A stretch of 56,760 nucleotides of DNA. Source: Rickettsiales bacterium. Its GTDB lineage: Bacteria > Pseudomonadota > Alphaproteobacteria > Rickettsiales > UBA3002. The notes under the pieces are model-generated. The model was not told the origin of the DNA, did no database searches, and was given only the letters and a program-made list of their open reading frames with translations. Position numbers and translations under genes: made by a program. Shown in pieces: positions 29,404 to 40,020 of this stretch. The first letter of the stretch is position 1, and every line of letters starts with the position of its first letter. The stretch covers positions 1 through 56,760 of the forward strand of contig JBIISI010000002.1 of assembly GCA_044341105.1 (NCBI GenBank), written 5' to 3'.

Positions 29404-30762
29404 TTTCTCGGCGGCCTGCAGCTTAGCGATGCCGCGCGCAAGGTCGTCTTTGTTGCCGCAGAAGGTGAAGCGGATGTGCCAATCCTGCCCGGCAAGGCCG
29501 AGGCCCGGCGCGTAAAACGGCGTGCCCTGCACGGGGCAGATACCCACCACATACGCCAGGTAGCGCATCATGTCGTCCGGCGTGGTAATCATCATGCGGC
29601 CTGCCGCACGCTCGCCTTCGCTCAGGATCTCGGCACGGGCTTTTTCCGTGAAGGCGCTGGCGGGCACGGTTTTGCCCTGCAGCGGCGAGAAATCAATCCA
29701 CGCATAGATGGTGCCTTGCGGCGCGTTGAGCTTCGCATGCGCGAGCGCCCCTACCCCGTCGATCACCATGCGGCGTTTTTCTTTCAGCTCGGCCACCGTG
29801 CGCTCGATGAACCCGTCGCCGTAATGCAGCGCGGCCATTACCTCTTCCTGCGCGATGCCGGAAATGCCGCCCGCTTCGGATTCGTTGAAGTTCTGCAGGC
29901 TCTCGAGCAGCGCTTTGTTTTTGGTTACCAGCCACCCCACGCGGCTGTCAGCCATGCCGTATTCCTTCGAGGCGGTGCGAATGACCGCCACGCGCCCGGC
30001 GGCGAAAAGCTGCTTCTCCAGCGGCCCGCGTTGCAGCACCTGCGTAATCACATACGGCGCATCGCGGAACACCAGCTTGCCATAGGGGTCGTCGAACACC
30101 ACGGTGGTGGTGGTGGTTTTCTCAGCCACCACTTTCAGCAACGCTTCGCGCTCAGCAGCGTCGTAGTTCTCGCCGGTCGGGTTGCTCGGCGCGTTGATGA
30201 GGATAATCGCCGGGTTTTCATGCTGCGCCAGTGCAGCGCTGAGCTGCTCGGGGTCCATCAGCCCACGGCCCTGCGTATCGACCTCCACGATATGCGTGCC
30301 GGCGGGGAACACGTCGTAATTGGTCGGCCAGCCGGGCGCGGCCATCAGCACCACGGGGGCTTCCAGTTTTTCGAAATTGCGGAAAGAACCGGTGAGCGTA
30401 CCCTTGCCCCCATGGCCGATGCGCACATCGGCACCGCTTGCTTCCATGCCGGTATCGCGCGTGAAATGGAACGCCGCGCAATCGCGCAGGCTCATCAGCC
30501 CGGCGGCGGGGGCGTAGCCGCGGCGCGCGTCGCCTTTGCGCAGGGCGAATTTGCTGTCGGCGGGGCTTTCGGCATGGGCGGCTTTCAGCTGTTGCACCCA
30601 CTGGCCGATATCGTTTTCCTCGTGCGGCTTGGGGAACAGGTCGCCCAGCGTGAAGGTGATGACATCGACCCCCATCGCTTTCGCGCGTTCGGCCAGCTGG
30701 CCCGCGCCCATGGTCGGTGATCCGCGCACGCCACGCGGTTTGATAAAGACTTCGCTCGCCAT
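29392..30762 (-). CDS. class I/II PLP-dependent aminotransferase
   Basis: INAPSNPTG, FDDPYGKLVF and RTASKEYGMADSRVGWL (PLP-Lys context). The gene converges on the PAP2 gene with a 12-nt overlap. Confidence 0.8.
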   Translation of the reverse strand: MASEVFIKPRGVRGSPTMGAGQLAERAKAMGVDVITFTLGDLFPKPHEENDIGQWVQQLKAAHAESPADSKFALRKGDARRGYAPAAGLMSLRDCAAFHFTRDTGMEASGADVRIGHGGKGTLTGSFRNFEKLEAPVVLMAAPGWPTNYDVFPAGTHIVEVDTQGRGLMDPEQLSAALAQHENPAIILINAPSNPTGENYDAAEREALLKVVAEKTTTTTVVFDDPYGKLVFRDAPYVITQVLQRGPLEKQLFAAGRVAVIRTASKEYGMADSRVGWLVTKNKALLESLQNFNESEAGGISGIAQEEVMAALHYGDGFIERTVAELKEKRRMVIDGVGALAHAKLNAPQGTIYAWIDFSPLQGKTVPASAFTEKARAEILSEGERAAGRMMITTPDDMMRYLAYVVGICPVQGTPFYAPGLGLAGQDWHIRFTFCGNKDDLARGIAKLQAAEKLLA

Positions 30763-30819
30763 AATGCCTCACTTTCGCGGCTTATCTAGCGCGCGCCGAG
30801 GGAAAGCTCAAGAGGCTGT

Positions 30820-32328
30820 TTAGCGCTGCGGTGCAGCACGCGAGGATGTGATCTCGTGAATGCCCGTGGTGAGTTTGGGCGTGGCCGGGGCCGCCTCGGG
30901 CGAAAGCCAGCTGGTGAGGAAGCTGAACAGCCCGGCCTGCACCGGCTGCGGTTTGGCATTAGGGTCGGTGGACGGCAGCGCAATGGTGCCGGATGCGGCC
31001 TGCGCGGCGCTGCGGTTTTTGAAATGCGAAAGCTGCGCAGGCGTCATGCGTTCGGCCATATACATGAAATCGCCCGGCCCGCCATAGGCCAGCTCGAAAC
31101 TATAGTTGGGGTCGAGCCGCCCGGTTTTGTCGGTCACGATCGCGCTGTTCGTCACCCCCATGGTGGTATTGCGGTTGGCCTTCACGGCTTCTTCGTGGAA
31201 GCGTGGCGACGCATAGATGATCTGCGGCAGCCCGCGCGTGCCCATGTATTGCGATTCGACCGCCGCATACAGCACCGTGCCATCGGTATAGGGGTTGGCG
31301 AACAGGCGGTGTTCGCGCGTGAGGGCTTCGCGGTAGGGCACAGCCCCGCCCTGCCCCAGCCCCACCACCATGCCGGGCGGCAATTGCAGCGAGGAGTGTA
31401 CCGTCATGTCGTCTTTCAACTGGTAGCGGATCAACCCCTGGTCGGTTTCAATCGCCACCTCGTAGGCCTTGCCCCACGGCTTGGCGAGCTGCACGCGCGC
31501 GACGCGGTATTCGGTGTGTTTCGTATCGACAGGTTTATCGGGCCGGAAGGCATCGGCGCGGATATTCTCGCCCTCGCAATAGGTGTGGGCGTTGTCATCG
31601 GCACAATCGCGCGAGAGCTTGCGCCATTTGGCCATGTGGAAATTGAACTTGTCGACATCCTGCGGGCGAAGTTTTTCAAGATCCGCGGCAATGTCGCGCT
31701 GCAAGGCGCGTGTGCCGTAGCTGCCGCCATGTTTTGCCATGGCAAAATTTTTGTCTTTGCTGAGTTCGGCGCTGGTCATGGCGGGGTAACGCTCATAACG
31801 CCCGGTGGTGATGGCATCGGCCTCAGCGAGGGTTTTCACCGTCACCGCCCAGCCGCGCTGCTCGCCCACATGGATGAACAAATCCATCATCTGCGGCAGG
31901 ATGCGCGGATCGGCATTGGCCAGCCCCGGCTTCTCCACATATTCGCGGTACAGCATGCCCGCCACAATCGCGCGCGCGGCGGCGATATCGCCCTCGTGCC
32001 TGCCGGGGTGGTCGGCATAGGCGCGCGACTGTTTGGGGATGCCAGTGGCAGGTTGGTCGCCGCCACGCATGGGCTCCAGCATGCGGCCAATATGCTCGAA
32101 GAAGGCGCTGGGGGTTTTCAGCAGCGCGCGTGCCTGCGGCGACAGCGCCGCAATTTGCGCGGGCGGCACCTCGGGCAGGTAATCGTCGAAATAGATGGAT
32201 TTCATGCCGAACAGCGTGCCGCCGCTCGGGGTGTGCACGTAGCCCTGCTCGAATTTGCCGATCACGACCTCGTCGATCATGTGCAGGATGGCGGCGCGTT
32301 TTGCTGCATCAATACCCATGCAGCCCAT
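30820..32328 (-). CDS. hypothetical 502-aa protein; the N-terminal ~190 aa weakly resemble a GH108-type muramidase
   Basis: FEQGYVHTPSGGTLFGMK resembles the GH108 EGGYvndp.D.GG.T.yGI block. LYREYVEKPGLANADPRILPQMMDLFIHVGEQRG resembles the following Y..dyW..l.l..lp..la..lFD..vN.G block. The C-terminal ~300 aa are unrecognised, and no signal peptide is present. Confidence 0.45.
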   Translation of the reverse strand: MGCMGIDAAKRAAILHMIDEVVIGKFEQGYVHTPSGGTLFGMKSIYFDDYLPEVPPAQIAALSPQARALLKTPSAFFEHIGRMLEPMRGGDQPATGIPKQSRAYADHPGRHEGDIAAARAIVAGMLYREYVEKPGLANADPRILPQMMDLFIHVGEQRGWAVTVKTLAEADAITTGRYERYPAMTSAELSKDKNFAMAKHGGSYGTRALQRDIAADLEKLRPQDVDKFNFHMAKWRKLSRDCADDNAHTYCEGENIRADAFRPDKPVDTKHTEYRVARVQLAKPWGKAYEVAIETDQGLIRYQLKDDMTVHSSLQLPPGMVVGLGQGGAVPYREALTREHRLFANPYTDGTVLYAAVESQYMGTRGLPQIIYASPRFHEEAVKANRNTTMGVTNSAIVTDKTGRLDPNYSFELAYGGPGDFMYMAERMTPAQLSHFKNRSAAQAASGTIALPSTDPNAKPQPVQAGLFSFLTSWLSPEAAPATPKLTTGIHEITSSRAAPQR

Positions 32329-32372
32329 TTTACGCGCCGGGGCTTAACAATCGGTTAACCCGCGCGCCCATG

Positions 32373-32398
32373 AAAAAAGGGCCCCGAAGGGCCCTTTT
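32373..32398. terminator. bidirectional rho-independent terminator
   Basis: AAAAAA, GGGCCC (32379-32384), CGAA loop, GGGCCC (32389-32394), TTTT. On the minus strand it follows the small ORF stop and carries a T6 tail. Confidence 0.8.
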
Positions 32399-32402
32399 CT
32401 GC

Positions 32403-32519
32403 TTAGCGCTGGTTATCCCAGCTGCGGGAAAGCTGCGAAAACCCACCCGGCGATGGCTGGGGGCTCGCCTGTCGGTTCTTCTGCTGGTTTTGCGGCTTAG
32501 GTTGCTTAGCATTGGCCAT
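32403..32519 (-). CDS. small hydrophilic protein, 38 aa (MANAKQPKPQNQQKNRQASPQPSPGGFSQLSRSWDNQR)
   Basis: The ATG (cat at 32517-32519) sits 7 nt after an AAGGAG RBS. The stop is followed immediately by a perfect hairpin terminator. The track lists only a longer alternative-start version (32403..32606). Confidence 0.4.
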   Translation of the reverse strand: MANAKQPKPQNQQKNRQASPQPSPGGFSQLSRSWDNQR

Positions 32520-32648
32520 GGGAAAACTCCTTTGCTTTGCAGTAGCCGCGACTGTTGGGAGGGCTTCACCGACGCGGCTACCAAGGTGGAGGTGAAACCA
32601 TACCAAGAACCTAGGAAGCCCCGCATCAAGGGGCCATCAGTTTTTTCC

Positions 32649-34217
32649 CTAGCGCTTCTGGCGCTTAAAGGGCAGCTCGGCAGGCAAGGCTTCCGGCGCG
32701 GTGGCCGCAGCTTTGGGCGCCTCGGCACCCGCCGCAGCGGGGGCCTCACTTTTCGCGGGTGCAGGCGTTTCCTGTTTCACCGGCTCGGGGGCGGGGGCGG
32801 GCTTGGGCTCGCCCCAGCCGCCACCCATCGCTTTGTAGAGCGTCACGGTCGCGGTCAAACGCTCGCGCTCGGCATCGATCGCATCGAGCTGGGCCTGATA
32901 GAAATAGCGCTGCGCATCCAGCAGTTCGAGATGGTTGGAATAGCCCGCGTCGTAACGCAGGCGGGTGACGCGCAGGGTTTCCTTGCGCGCATTCACCTGC
33001 CGCTTTTGGGCGGCGGTGCGCGCGGCGCTGGTTTGAATCGCATTCAGCGCATTCGATACCTCGCCGAACGCATTGCGCACCGTGCTTTCGTAGGTCAAGC
33101 GGGCCTGTTCGGCGCGGGCTTTTGCCGCGTCCTTATTGCCGCCAATGCGCCCCATATCGATAATCGGCCCGGCAACGGCCGCACCAAGGCTCCAGTTCTT
33201 GGCCGAGCTGCGCAACAACCGCTCGGTCTGCGACGAGTTCAGCCCCAGCAACGACGACAGGCTGAGCGTGGGGTAATAATCGGCCAGCGCCACCCCCACC
33301 TGTGCGTTCGCCGAAACATATTGCTGTTCCGAATACGTGATATCCGGGCGGCGTTGCAGCAGCGTCGATGGCGTATCGAGCGGCATGGCTGGCGGCACGG
33401 GTAATGCCCCCAGGTTTGCTGCGTGATCAACCGGCTTGTTGATGATTTCATCCGGCGAACGGCCCAACAGAATCGATAACGCATTGCTTTGGGCCAACCG
33501 GGCCTGCTGCAAGGTGGGCAACGCCGCTTCGGCGGTGGCCAGCTCGGCCTCGGCCTGGCGGTACGTCAGGCTATCGACCTGCCCGGCCTGGAATTGCTTG
33601 CGCTGGTAATCATAGCTTTCGCGGCGCGAGGTAATGGTGCGCTTGGTCACGCGAATTTGCTCGTCGAGCGCAAGCAGGTTGAAATAGCCGGTGGCAATAT
33701 CGCTGGCGACGGCAAGGCGCACCGCGTCCGCGTTTGCTTTTTCGCTAAGCAGTTGGGCGCGCGCCGATTCGGTCGCGCGGCGCACACGGCCCCACAGATC
33801 GATCTCGTAATCCAGCACTGCCGATACGGTGAAATCGTTATACGGTTTGGGGGTAATCCGGCCAATGCCCCCGAAATTGCGCTCGGCGCTCACACCCGTG
33901 CGGGTCGCCCCGCCCTGATACGACAAGGTGGGGTAGAGGTCCGCTTCCGTGAGGCGCAGGGTTCCGCGCGCTTCGGCCACGCGGGCCGCCGCAATCGCGA
34001 TATCGGCATTGGCTTTCTGCCCCTCTTCCTCAAGTGCGGTGAGAATGGGGTCGTTAAACAGCTTCCACCAATCGAGCGGCAGGGCTTCGCCCGCCGGCGC
34101 GGCAGCATCTTCCTTCCCCGTCCAGCTGGCAGGCATGTCCAGCTTGGTGGCTTCGTAATCCGGCCCGACTTTGCACGCAGTAATCGCGAGCATCAATGCT
34201 AACGGAAGCTTACGCAT
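32649..34217 (-). CDS. RND efflux outer-membrane lipoprotein, NodT/OprM family
   Basis: The likely start is the ATG at 34217 ([21 protein letters not shown]), giving a lipobox followed by the VGPDY motif. It overlaps the RND pump stop by 8 nt. Confidence 0.9.
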   Translation of the reverse strand: MRKLPLALMLAITACKVGPDYEATKLDMPASWTGKEDAAAPAGEALPLDWWKLFNDPILTALEEEGQKANADIAIAAARVAEARGTLRLTEADLYPTLSYQGGATRTGVSAERNFGGIGRITPKPYNDFTVSAVLDYEIDLWGRVRRATESARAQLLSEKANADAVRLAVASDIATGYFNLLALDEQIRVTKRTITSRRESYDYQRKQFQAGQVDSLTYRQAEAELATAEAALPTLQQARLAQSNALSILLGRSPDEIINKPVDHAANLGALPVPPAMPLDTPSTLLQRRPDITYSEQQYVSANAQVGVALADYYPTLSLSSLLGLNSSQTERLLRSSAKNWSLGAAVAGPIIDMGRIGGNKDAAKARAEQARLTYESTVRNAFGEVSNALNAIQTSAARTAAQKRQVNARKETLRVTRLRYDAGYSNHLELLDAQRYFYQAQLDAIDAERERLTATVTLYKAMGGGWGEPKPAPAPEPVKQETPAPAKSEAPAAAGAEAPKAAATAPEALPAELPFKRQKR

Positions 34218-37200
34218 GGGGCGGCTCCTCGTGCGGCGGGTAATGGGGCGGTTCCTGCACGGGGTGGTTATGCACCACCTGCGCACGCTTGTGCTGGCGG
34301 CGTTCCGCAAGGTTCGTCACCAGAATATAGAAGGCCGGAACGAAGAAGATTGCAATCGCGGTTGCAGCCACCATCCCCCCGATCACGCCGGTACCGATTG
34401 AGTGGCGGCTGGCCGCCCCTGCGCCAGTGGAAATGGCGAGCGGCACGCAGCCCAGAATAAACGCAAGCGAGGTCATGACGATCGGCCGGAAGCGCAGGTG
34501 TGCTGCCTCAATCGCCGCTTCTTTCACGCTCTTGCCTTCTTTGCGCTGAATCACGGCGAATTCCACGATCAGGATCGCGTTCTTCGCGCCAAGGCCGATC
34601 AGCGTGAGCAGGCCGACCTGGAAATACACATCGTTGGTGAGGCCACGCATGTAGGTAGCCAGCAAAGCCCCGAACACAGCGAACGGCACCGCCGTGATGA
34701 CCGCGATTGGCAGCGTCCAGCGCTCGTATTGCGCAGCAAGGATGAGGAACACCATCACCAGGCCGAAGATGAACGCGCTGCCACCGGCACCGCCCGCTTC
34801 TTTTTCCTGGTAAGCCTGCCCCGACCATGCGAGCGAATAGTTCTCCGGCATCACTTCGGCGACAAGTTCTTCCATGGCGGCGAGTGCCTGGCCCGAGCTG
34901 TAGCCCGGTGCAGGCCCACCCATGATTTTTGCCGCCGGGTAGATGTTGAAACGATCTACCAGATCGGGGCCGAGAATCCGTTTGAATGTCACCAGCGCGG
35001 TGAGCGGAATCATGTTCCCATCATCCGAGCGCACGAACACCTGCTTCAAATCTTCCGGCTTCTCGCGGAACTCCGATTCGCTGGAGAGGCTGACACGGAA
35101 AATCCGGCCTGAATAGGTGAAGTCGTTCACGTAATAGCTACCGAACGTACTTTGCATCGCAGCGAACACGCTGCTTACCGGCACGCCCAGCGCACGTGCT
35201 TTCGCGCGATCAAGGTCGATGTAATATTGCGGAATATTCGCTGCAATCGTGGTTTGGACCCCGGCCAGTTCCGGGCGCTTGGCGGCGGCAGCCACCAGTT
35301 TCTGCGCCATAGCGGCCACTTGCGCCGTGGTATCGCCGCCACGGCTTTGCAAATAACCTTCAAACCCACCTGTAAGGCTGATGCCGGTAATCGGCGGCGG
35401 CGCAAACGAGAGCACCATCGCTTCTTTCATGTCGGCGGCAATGCCCATAACCTTACCCGTAAAGGTTTTCGCGCTGTGCTCGGCCCCGGGGCGTTTTTCC
35501 CAGTCTTTAAGCACCACAAACGACGCGCCGGCGTTGGTACGCTGCGCCCCCGCCAGCAAGTCGAAGCCGGCGAACATGGTGATATGTTCCTGCTCCTCAA
35601 GCTTTTGCAATCGGGCGGTCAGTTCTTTGGTCACCGCTTCGGTACGGCTGAGCGACGCCCCCGGCAGCAGGATCGGCACGACAAGCACATAGCCCTGGTC
35701 TTCTTCCGGCACTAGCGAGCTTGGGACATGGCTGTAGAGCCCTGCCGTGAGCGCCAGCAGCCCGACAAAGAGAACGACCGCAACCATCGTGCGACGCACG
35801 AAGAACGTCACCCCACGCATATAGCCATGCGTCATGCGGTCGAACTGGCGGTTGAACCATGCGAAGAAGCCTTTGGGGTCTTCGCCGTGATGGTCTTTCA
35901 GGATCACCGCGCAGAGGGCGGGCGAAAGGGTGAGCGCCACGATACCGGAAATGATAACGGAGATCGCAATGGTAATCGCGAACTGGCGATACATCTCACC
36001 CGTCATGCCACCCATGAAGCCCACGGGCACGAACACCGCGCATAGCACCAACACGATCGCCACAATCGGCCCCGTCACTTCGCTCATGGCCTTGATGGCC
36101 GCTTCGCGCGGGCTCAGCCGCTCGGTGCGCATGATGCGCTCGACGTTTTCCAATACCACAATCGCATCGTCGACCACGATGCCGATGGCGAGCACGAGCC
36201 CGAACAGCGTCAGCAGGTTAATGGAGAACCCAAGCAGGTACATTCCCGCGAAGGTGCCCACCAGCGATACCGGCACGGCCAGCAGCGGAATGAGCGTCGC
36301 GCGGGCATTCTGCAGGAACAGGAACACCACGACGACCACCAGCACGATGGCCTCCATGAAGGTTTTTACCACCTCGTGGATCGACACGTTCACGAAGCGC
36401 GTCGTGTCAAACGGCACGCCGTAGGAAATGCCATCGGGGAAGCGTTTGGAAAGCTTTTCCATCACTTCGTTGACCTGTTTGGTCACCTCGATGGCGTTGG
36501 CCCCCGGCTGCTGGCTTACGCGGATAATCACCGCCGATTTGCCGTTATAAATACCACGGAAACCATAATCCTGCGCGCCGAGCTCGATGCGCGCCACGTC
36601 TTTCAGGCGCAGGGTCGCGCCGCTATTATCGGCCTTCAGGATGATTTCCTCAAACTGCTTGGGATCCACCATGCGGCCCTGCGTGATGGCCGTGTAGGTG
36701 AATGCCTGCGGATTTTTCATAGGCGCCTGGCCGAAGGCACCGGCGGCGAATTGCGAATTCTGCTCCTGAATGGCAGCAGCCACGTCGCTCGGCGTCAGCT
36801 TATATTGCGCGAGCTTATCGGGGCGCAGCCAGACGCGCATCGAGTAATCCTGCGTACCGATCAGCGAGGCATCGCCCACACCCGGCACACGGCGCACTTC
36901 GTCGAGCACGTTCAGCAGCGCATAGTTACTCACGAAAATCGGGTCGTAGCGGCCATTGGGCGAATACATCACAATCGCCATGAGGATCGCGGCGGAGCGT
37001 TTCTGCACCGTCACGCCCTGGCGACGCACCTCTTCCGGCAGGCGCGCCAGCGCCGATTGCACACGGTTGTTCACGTCGATCGTCGCCTGATCGGGATCGG
37101 TGCCGATGGTGAAGGTCACCGTGAGCCCCATGCTGCCCGAGTTGGCGCTCGACGATTTCATGTACATCATGTTCGGCACGCCGTTGATCTGCTGCTCGAG

Positions 37201-37395
37201 CGGTGCCGCAACGGTATTTGCGATCACCTCGGCCGAGGCACCGGGGTAGTTGGCCTGCACCTGCACGTCGGGCGGAATGATTTCCGGGTATTGCGAAATC
37301 GGCAGGATTTGCATGGCCACCAACCCGGCAAGGGTAATGACGATGGAAATCACCGAGGCGAAAACGGGCCGTTCGATGAAGAATTTGGAGAACAT
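34210..37395 (-). CDS. RND multidrug efflux permease (AcrB/MexB-like, HAE1)
   Basis: [28 protein letters not shown], 1061 aa, [20 protein letters not shown], 12-TM architecture. Confidence 0.95.
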   Translation of the reverse strand: MFSKFFIERPVFASVISIVITLAGLVAMQILPISQYPEIIPPDVQVQANYPGASAEVIANTVAAPLEQQINGVPNMMYMKSSSANSGSMGLTVTFTIGTDPDQATIDVNNRVQSALARLPEEVRRQGVTVQKRSAAILMAIVMYSPNGRYDPIFVSNYALLNVLDEVRRVPGVGDASLIGTQDYSMRVWLRPDKLAQYKLTPSDVAAAIQEQNSQFAAGAFGQAPMKNPQAFTYTAITQGRMVDPKQFEEIILKADNSGATLRLKDVARIELGAQDYGFRGIYNGKSAVIIRVSQQPGANAIEVTKQVNEVMEKLSKRFPDGISYGVPFDTTRFVNVSIHEVVKTFMEAIVLVVVVVFLFLQNARATLIPLLAVPVSLVGTFAGMYLLGFSINLLTLFGLVLAIGIVVDDAIVVLENVERIMRTERLSPREAAIKAMSEVTGPIVAIVLVLCAVFVPVGFMGGMTGEMYRQFAITIAISVIISGIVALTLSPALCAVILKDHHGEDPKGFFAWFNRQFDRMTHGYMRGVTFFVRRTMVAVVLFVGLLALTAGLYSHVPSSLVPEEDQGYVLVVPILLPGASLSRTEAVTKELTARLQKLEEQEHITMFAGFDLLAGAQRTNAGASFVVLKDWEKRPGAEHSAKTFTGKVMGIAADMKEAMVLSFAPPPITGISLTGGFEGYLQSRGGDTTAQVAAMAQKLVAAAAKRPELAGVQTTIAANIPQYYIDLDRAKARALGVPVSSVFAAMQSTFGSYYVNDFTYSGRIFRVSLSSESEFREKPEDLKQVFVRSDDGNMIPLTALVTFKRILGPDLVDRFNIYPAAKIMGGPAPGYSSGQALAAMEELVAEVMPENYSLAWSGQAYQEKEAGGAGGSAFIFGLVMVFLILAAQYERWTLPIAVITAVPFAVFGALLATYMRGLTNDVYFQVGLLTLIGLGAKNAILIVEFAVIQRKEGKSVKEAAIEAAHLRFRPIVMTSLAFILGCVPLAISTGAGAASRHSIGTGVIGGMVAATAIAIFFVPAFYILVTNLAERRQHKRAQVVHNHPVQEPPHYPPHEEPPHA

Positions 37396-37398
37396 GCG

Positions 37399-38601
37399 TT
37401 ATTCCTTCGCGGCAGCCGGTTTTTCTTCAGCGGGGGCTTTGGGGGCATCGCCTTCTGCAGCAGGCGGTGTCTGGCCACACGGTTGCTCCGGCGTTTCCAC
37501 ACAGACCGGCGCATCGGGGCGGGCTTTGATCATGCCCTCCACAATCACGCGGTCACCGGGCTGAAGGCCTTTGGTGACAATCTGCTGGCCCTGATTCAAA
37601 AGGCCCAGCTCAACCGGCGTTATCACTGCCTTGTTTTCGGCATTCACGGTGTAGACGAACATCCCCATCGGCCCTTGCATCAAGGCTTTCTCGGGCACCG
37701 CCGTCACCTGCCGGGCGGTTAGGCCCTTCACCCGGGCGCGCACAAACTGGCCCGGAATGATGCTGCTATCCGCGTTATTAACGACGGCACGGGCTTTCAC
37801 CGTGCCCGTGACAGGATCGACGAAGCTATCGGTGAAGCGGATTTTTGCTTCCGTGGGATAGGTCGTGCCATCGGTAAAGACGATCTGCACGTTCAACATC
37901 TTGTCGTCGGGTAGCAGCATGCTGCCATCGGCCACGCTGCGGCGTTGCAACATGGCATCGGCATCGGGGTAAGAGAATTCGACATAAATGGGGTCAAGCT
38001 GCGTAACGCGGGTAAGCACGCTGCTATCGGCCACGACCACGTTGCCTTCCGAGAAGCCTTCTTCACTGGTGAAGCCACTGATGGGTGAGCGCACGGTCGT
38101 GTAGGCGAGGTTGATTTCCGCCGTTTCCACCTGCGCCTTGGATTCGCCGTAGAGCGCCTGCGCCGTATCATACTCGCGCTGGCTGAGGGCTTTGCCCGCC
38201 ATCAGCTTTCGTGCACGGCCCCAATCACGTTCGGCCTGCCCATAGGTGGCCTTGGCCTGTGCCAGTGCGGCATAGTACGGGCGCGGGTCGATCTGGAACA
38301 GCGTATCGCCGCGTTTTACAAAGGAGCCTTCTTCATAGAAGCGCTTATCGATTACCCCGGAAACGCGCGGACGGATTTCCACTTCGCGCGAGCCGGTCAG
38401 GCGTGCCGAATAATCAAACACCAGCGGTAAATCCGTGACTTGCACTTCCTGAACACCCACCGCGGCGGGCGGCGGAGTGGGAGCTGCAGGCGGCTTGGCG
38501 GTGAAATGGCCATAGGCCCAATAGGCAATCAGGGCCACAACCACCAGCACAATGAGCGGGCGCAGGGGGAACCGTGAACGACGGGGACGATATTCAGCCA
38601 T
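37399..38601 (-). CDS. RND efflux periplasmic adaptor (AcrA/MexA-like MFP)
   Basis: The likely start is the ATG at 38601 (MAEYRPRRSRFPLRPLIVLVVVALIAYW). Lipoyl/beta-barrel motifs are present (VSGVIDKRFYEEGSFVKRGDTLFQIDPRPY). Confidence 0.9.
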   Translation of the reverse strand: MAEYRPRRSRFPLRPLIVLVVVALIAYWAYGHFTAKPPAAPTPPPAAVGVQEVQVTDLPLVFDYSARLTGSREVEIRPRVSGVIDKRFYEEGSFVKRGDTLFQIDPRPYYAALAQAKATYGQAERDWGRARKLMAGKALSQREYDTAQALYGESKAQVETAEINLAYTTVRSPISGFTSEEGFSEGNVVVADSSVLTRVTQLDPIYVEFSYPDADAMLQRRSVADGSMLLPDDKMLNVQIVFTDGTTYPTEAKIRFTDSFVDPVTGTVKARAVVNNADSSIIPGQFVRARVKGLTARQVTAVPEKALMQGPMGMFVYTVNAENKAVITPVELGLLNQGQQIVTKGLQPGDRVIVEGMIKARPDAPVCVETPEQPCGQTPPAAEGDAPKAPAEEKPAAAKE

Positions 38602-38638
38602 AAAGGATCTTTCACACCAGGATTTTTTTACTGACTTT

Positions 38639-38660
38639 ATACATACATGGGTGTATGTAT
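38639..38660. promoter_or_regulatory. perfect 9-bp inverted repeat; candidate TetR operator in the divergent promoter region
   Basis: ATACATACA-tggg-TGTATGTAT lies between the efflux adaptor start (38601) and the tetR start (38711). Confidence 0.5.
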
Positions 38661-38710
38661 GCAAGGAATGAGTTGCACCGCAACATATTAAATCGAGAAC
38701 GCACTGTTTC

Positions 38711-39310
38711 ATGGCCCGCCGCACAAAAGAAGATGCCGAAAAGACACGCGAAGCCCTGCTGGACGCCGCGGAGCGCGTGTTTCTCCGCCATGGATTCGTC
38801 GCCGCAACGCTGAACGAAATAGCCAAGGAAGCCGGGGTTACCCGCGGTGCCCTCTATTGGCATTTTGCCGATAAGTTGGCCATTTTCATTGCCATGAACG
38901 AGCGCGTCAAATCGCCGATGGATGCGCTGTTTGCCGAACTCACCGGCGGCCCCGACCCGGTCGCTGGGCTGGAGGCCATGTCGGTCAGCGTGCTGCGCGA
39001 TTTCGCCCGCGATGAACACACCCGCAACGTCATCGCCATCAGCCGTTTACGTGTCGAGGAAGGCACGCCCGATGACGCCGCCCTGATTAAAGAAGTGCGC
39101 GAGAAACACGCGCAGGTGCATGCTAAATTCGAGCGCGTATTTGCGCAGGCCAAGCTCGCGCCCGGCATGACCGCCCCACTGGCCGCGCAGGCCTTGCACA
39201 TGTATTTCTCGGGCATCATTGCCGAGCAATTGCTAACCCCCAATTTCGCCCAGCTTACCAAGGACGCGCCATTACTGATGCGCTGCTTCTTCGATGGCTT
39301 GCTGGCCTGA
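38711..39310 (+). CDS. TetR/AcrR-family transcriptional repressor
   Basis: TREALLDAAERVFLRHGFVAATLNEIAKEAGVTRGALYWHF is the TetR HTH. The gene diverges from the RND operon. Confidence 0.9.
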   Translation: MARRTKEDAEKTREALLDAAERVFLRHGFVAATLNEIAKEAGVTRGALYWHFADKLAIFIAMNERVKSPMDALFAELTGGPDPVAGLEAMSVSVLRDFARDEHTRNVIAISRLRVEEGTPDDAALIKEVREKHAQVHAKFERVFAQAKLAPGMTAPLAAQALHMYFSGIIAEQLLTPNFAQLTKDAPLLMRCFFDGLLA

Positions 39311-39379
39311 AACGCACCATTTCCTACTGGCATTTTATGCCGCATTTGTTACTGCATCGGCATCTGATAGGAGAGTCCG

Positions 39380-40012
39380 ATGCGCCGCCTTGCTTTCATT
39401 GCCGCCAGCCTGTTTGCCACCCATAGCTACGCCATGAGCGTCGAGGTCGAAAACATCCATGACGGCGACCCGATTCCCATGAAACATGCGTTCTGCGAGG
39501 CAACGCCGAACGGCAAAAGCACGCAGGGCGAAAACATACGCCCGACCATTCGCTGGAGCGGTGCGCCGGAGGGCACGAAATCCTTCCTTGTCGTCGTGCG
39601 CGATCTTGATGTGCCGGTCGATTTCACCAATGCTGGCAAAGAGGGCAAAACCGTCGCGAACGATGCGCCGCGCCGCCCGGCCTTCTATCACTGGGGCGTG
39701 GCCGATGTGCCGGCAGGCCGCAGCAGCCTTCCCGGTGGTGCCGCCGATAGCCCTGCCGGCGTCGGCACCGCCTACATCACCGACATGGCCTCGTATGTCG
39801 GCCACCCCAGCAACTATGGCGGCCCCTGCCCGCCCTGGAACGACGAGCGCCTGCACCATTATGAATACATGGTGAATGCGCTGGATGTGGAAACGCTGAA
39901 ACTACCCGACGCCGCCACCGTAGGCGATGCCGAAAAAGCCGCCGCGAAACACACGCTCGCCAGTGCCAAAGTCACCGGCACCTACACGCTCAACCAAGCG
40001 TTAATGAAATAG
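39380..40012 (+). CDS. YbhB/YbcL-family PEBP (Raf kinase inhibitor-like) periplasmic protein
   Basis: Signal peptide MRRLAFIAASLFATHSYA. The PEBP signature blocks are VVVRDLDVP, FYHWGVADVP and HHYEYMVNALD. Confidence 0.8.
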   Translation: MRRLAFIAASLFATHSYAMSVEVENIHDGDPIPMKHAFCEATPNGKSTQGENIRPTIRWSGAPEGTKSFLVVVRDLDVPVDFTNAGKEGKTVANDAPRRPAFYHWGVADVPAGRSSLPGGAADSPAGVGTAYITDMASYVGHPSNYGGPCPPWNDERLHHYEYMVNALDVETLKLPDAATVGDAEKAAAKHTLASAKVTGTYTLNQALMK

Positions 40013-40020
40013 CGCCGCGC

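Noticed and set aside
32586-32648. GCCCC-gcatcaa-GGGGC hairpin followed by TTTTTT on the plus strand, considered as a terminator.
   Set aside because: No plus-strand gene ends here. On the minus strand, downstream of the efflux OMP gene, the hairpin lacks a U-tract, so support is too weak for a feature call.
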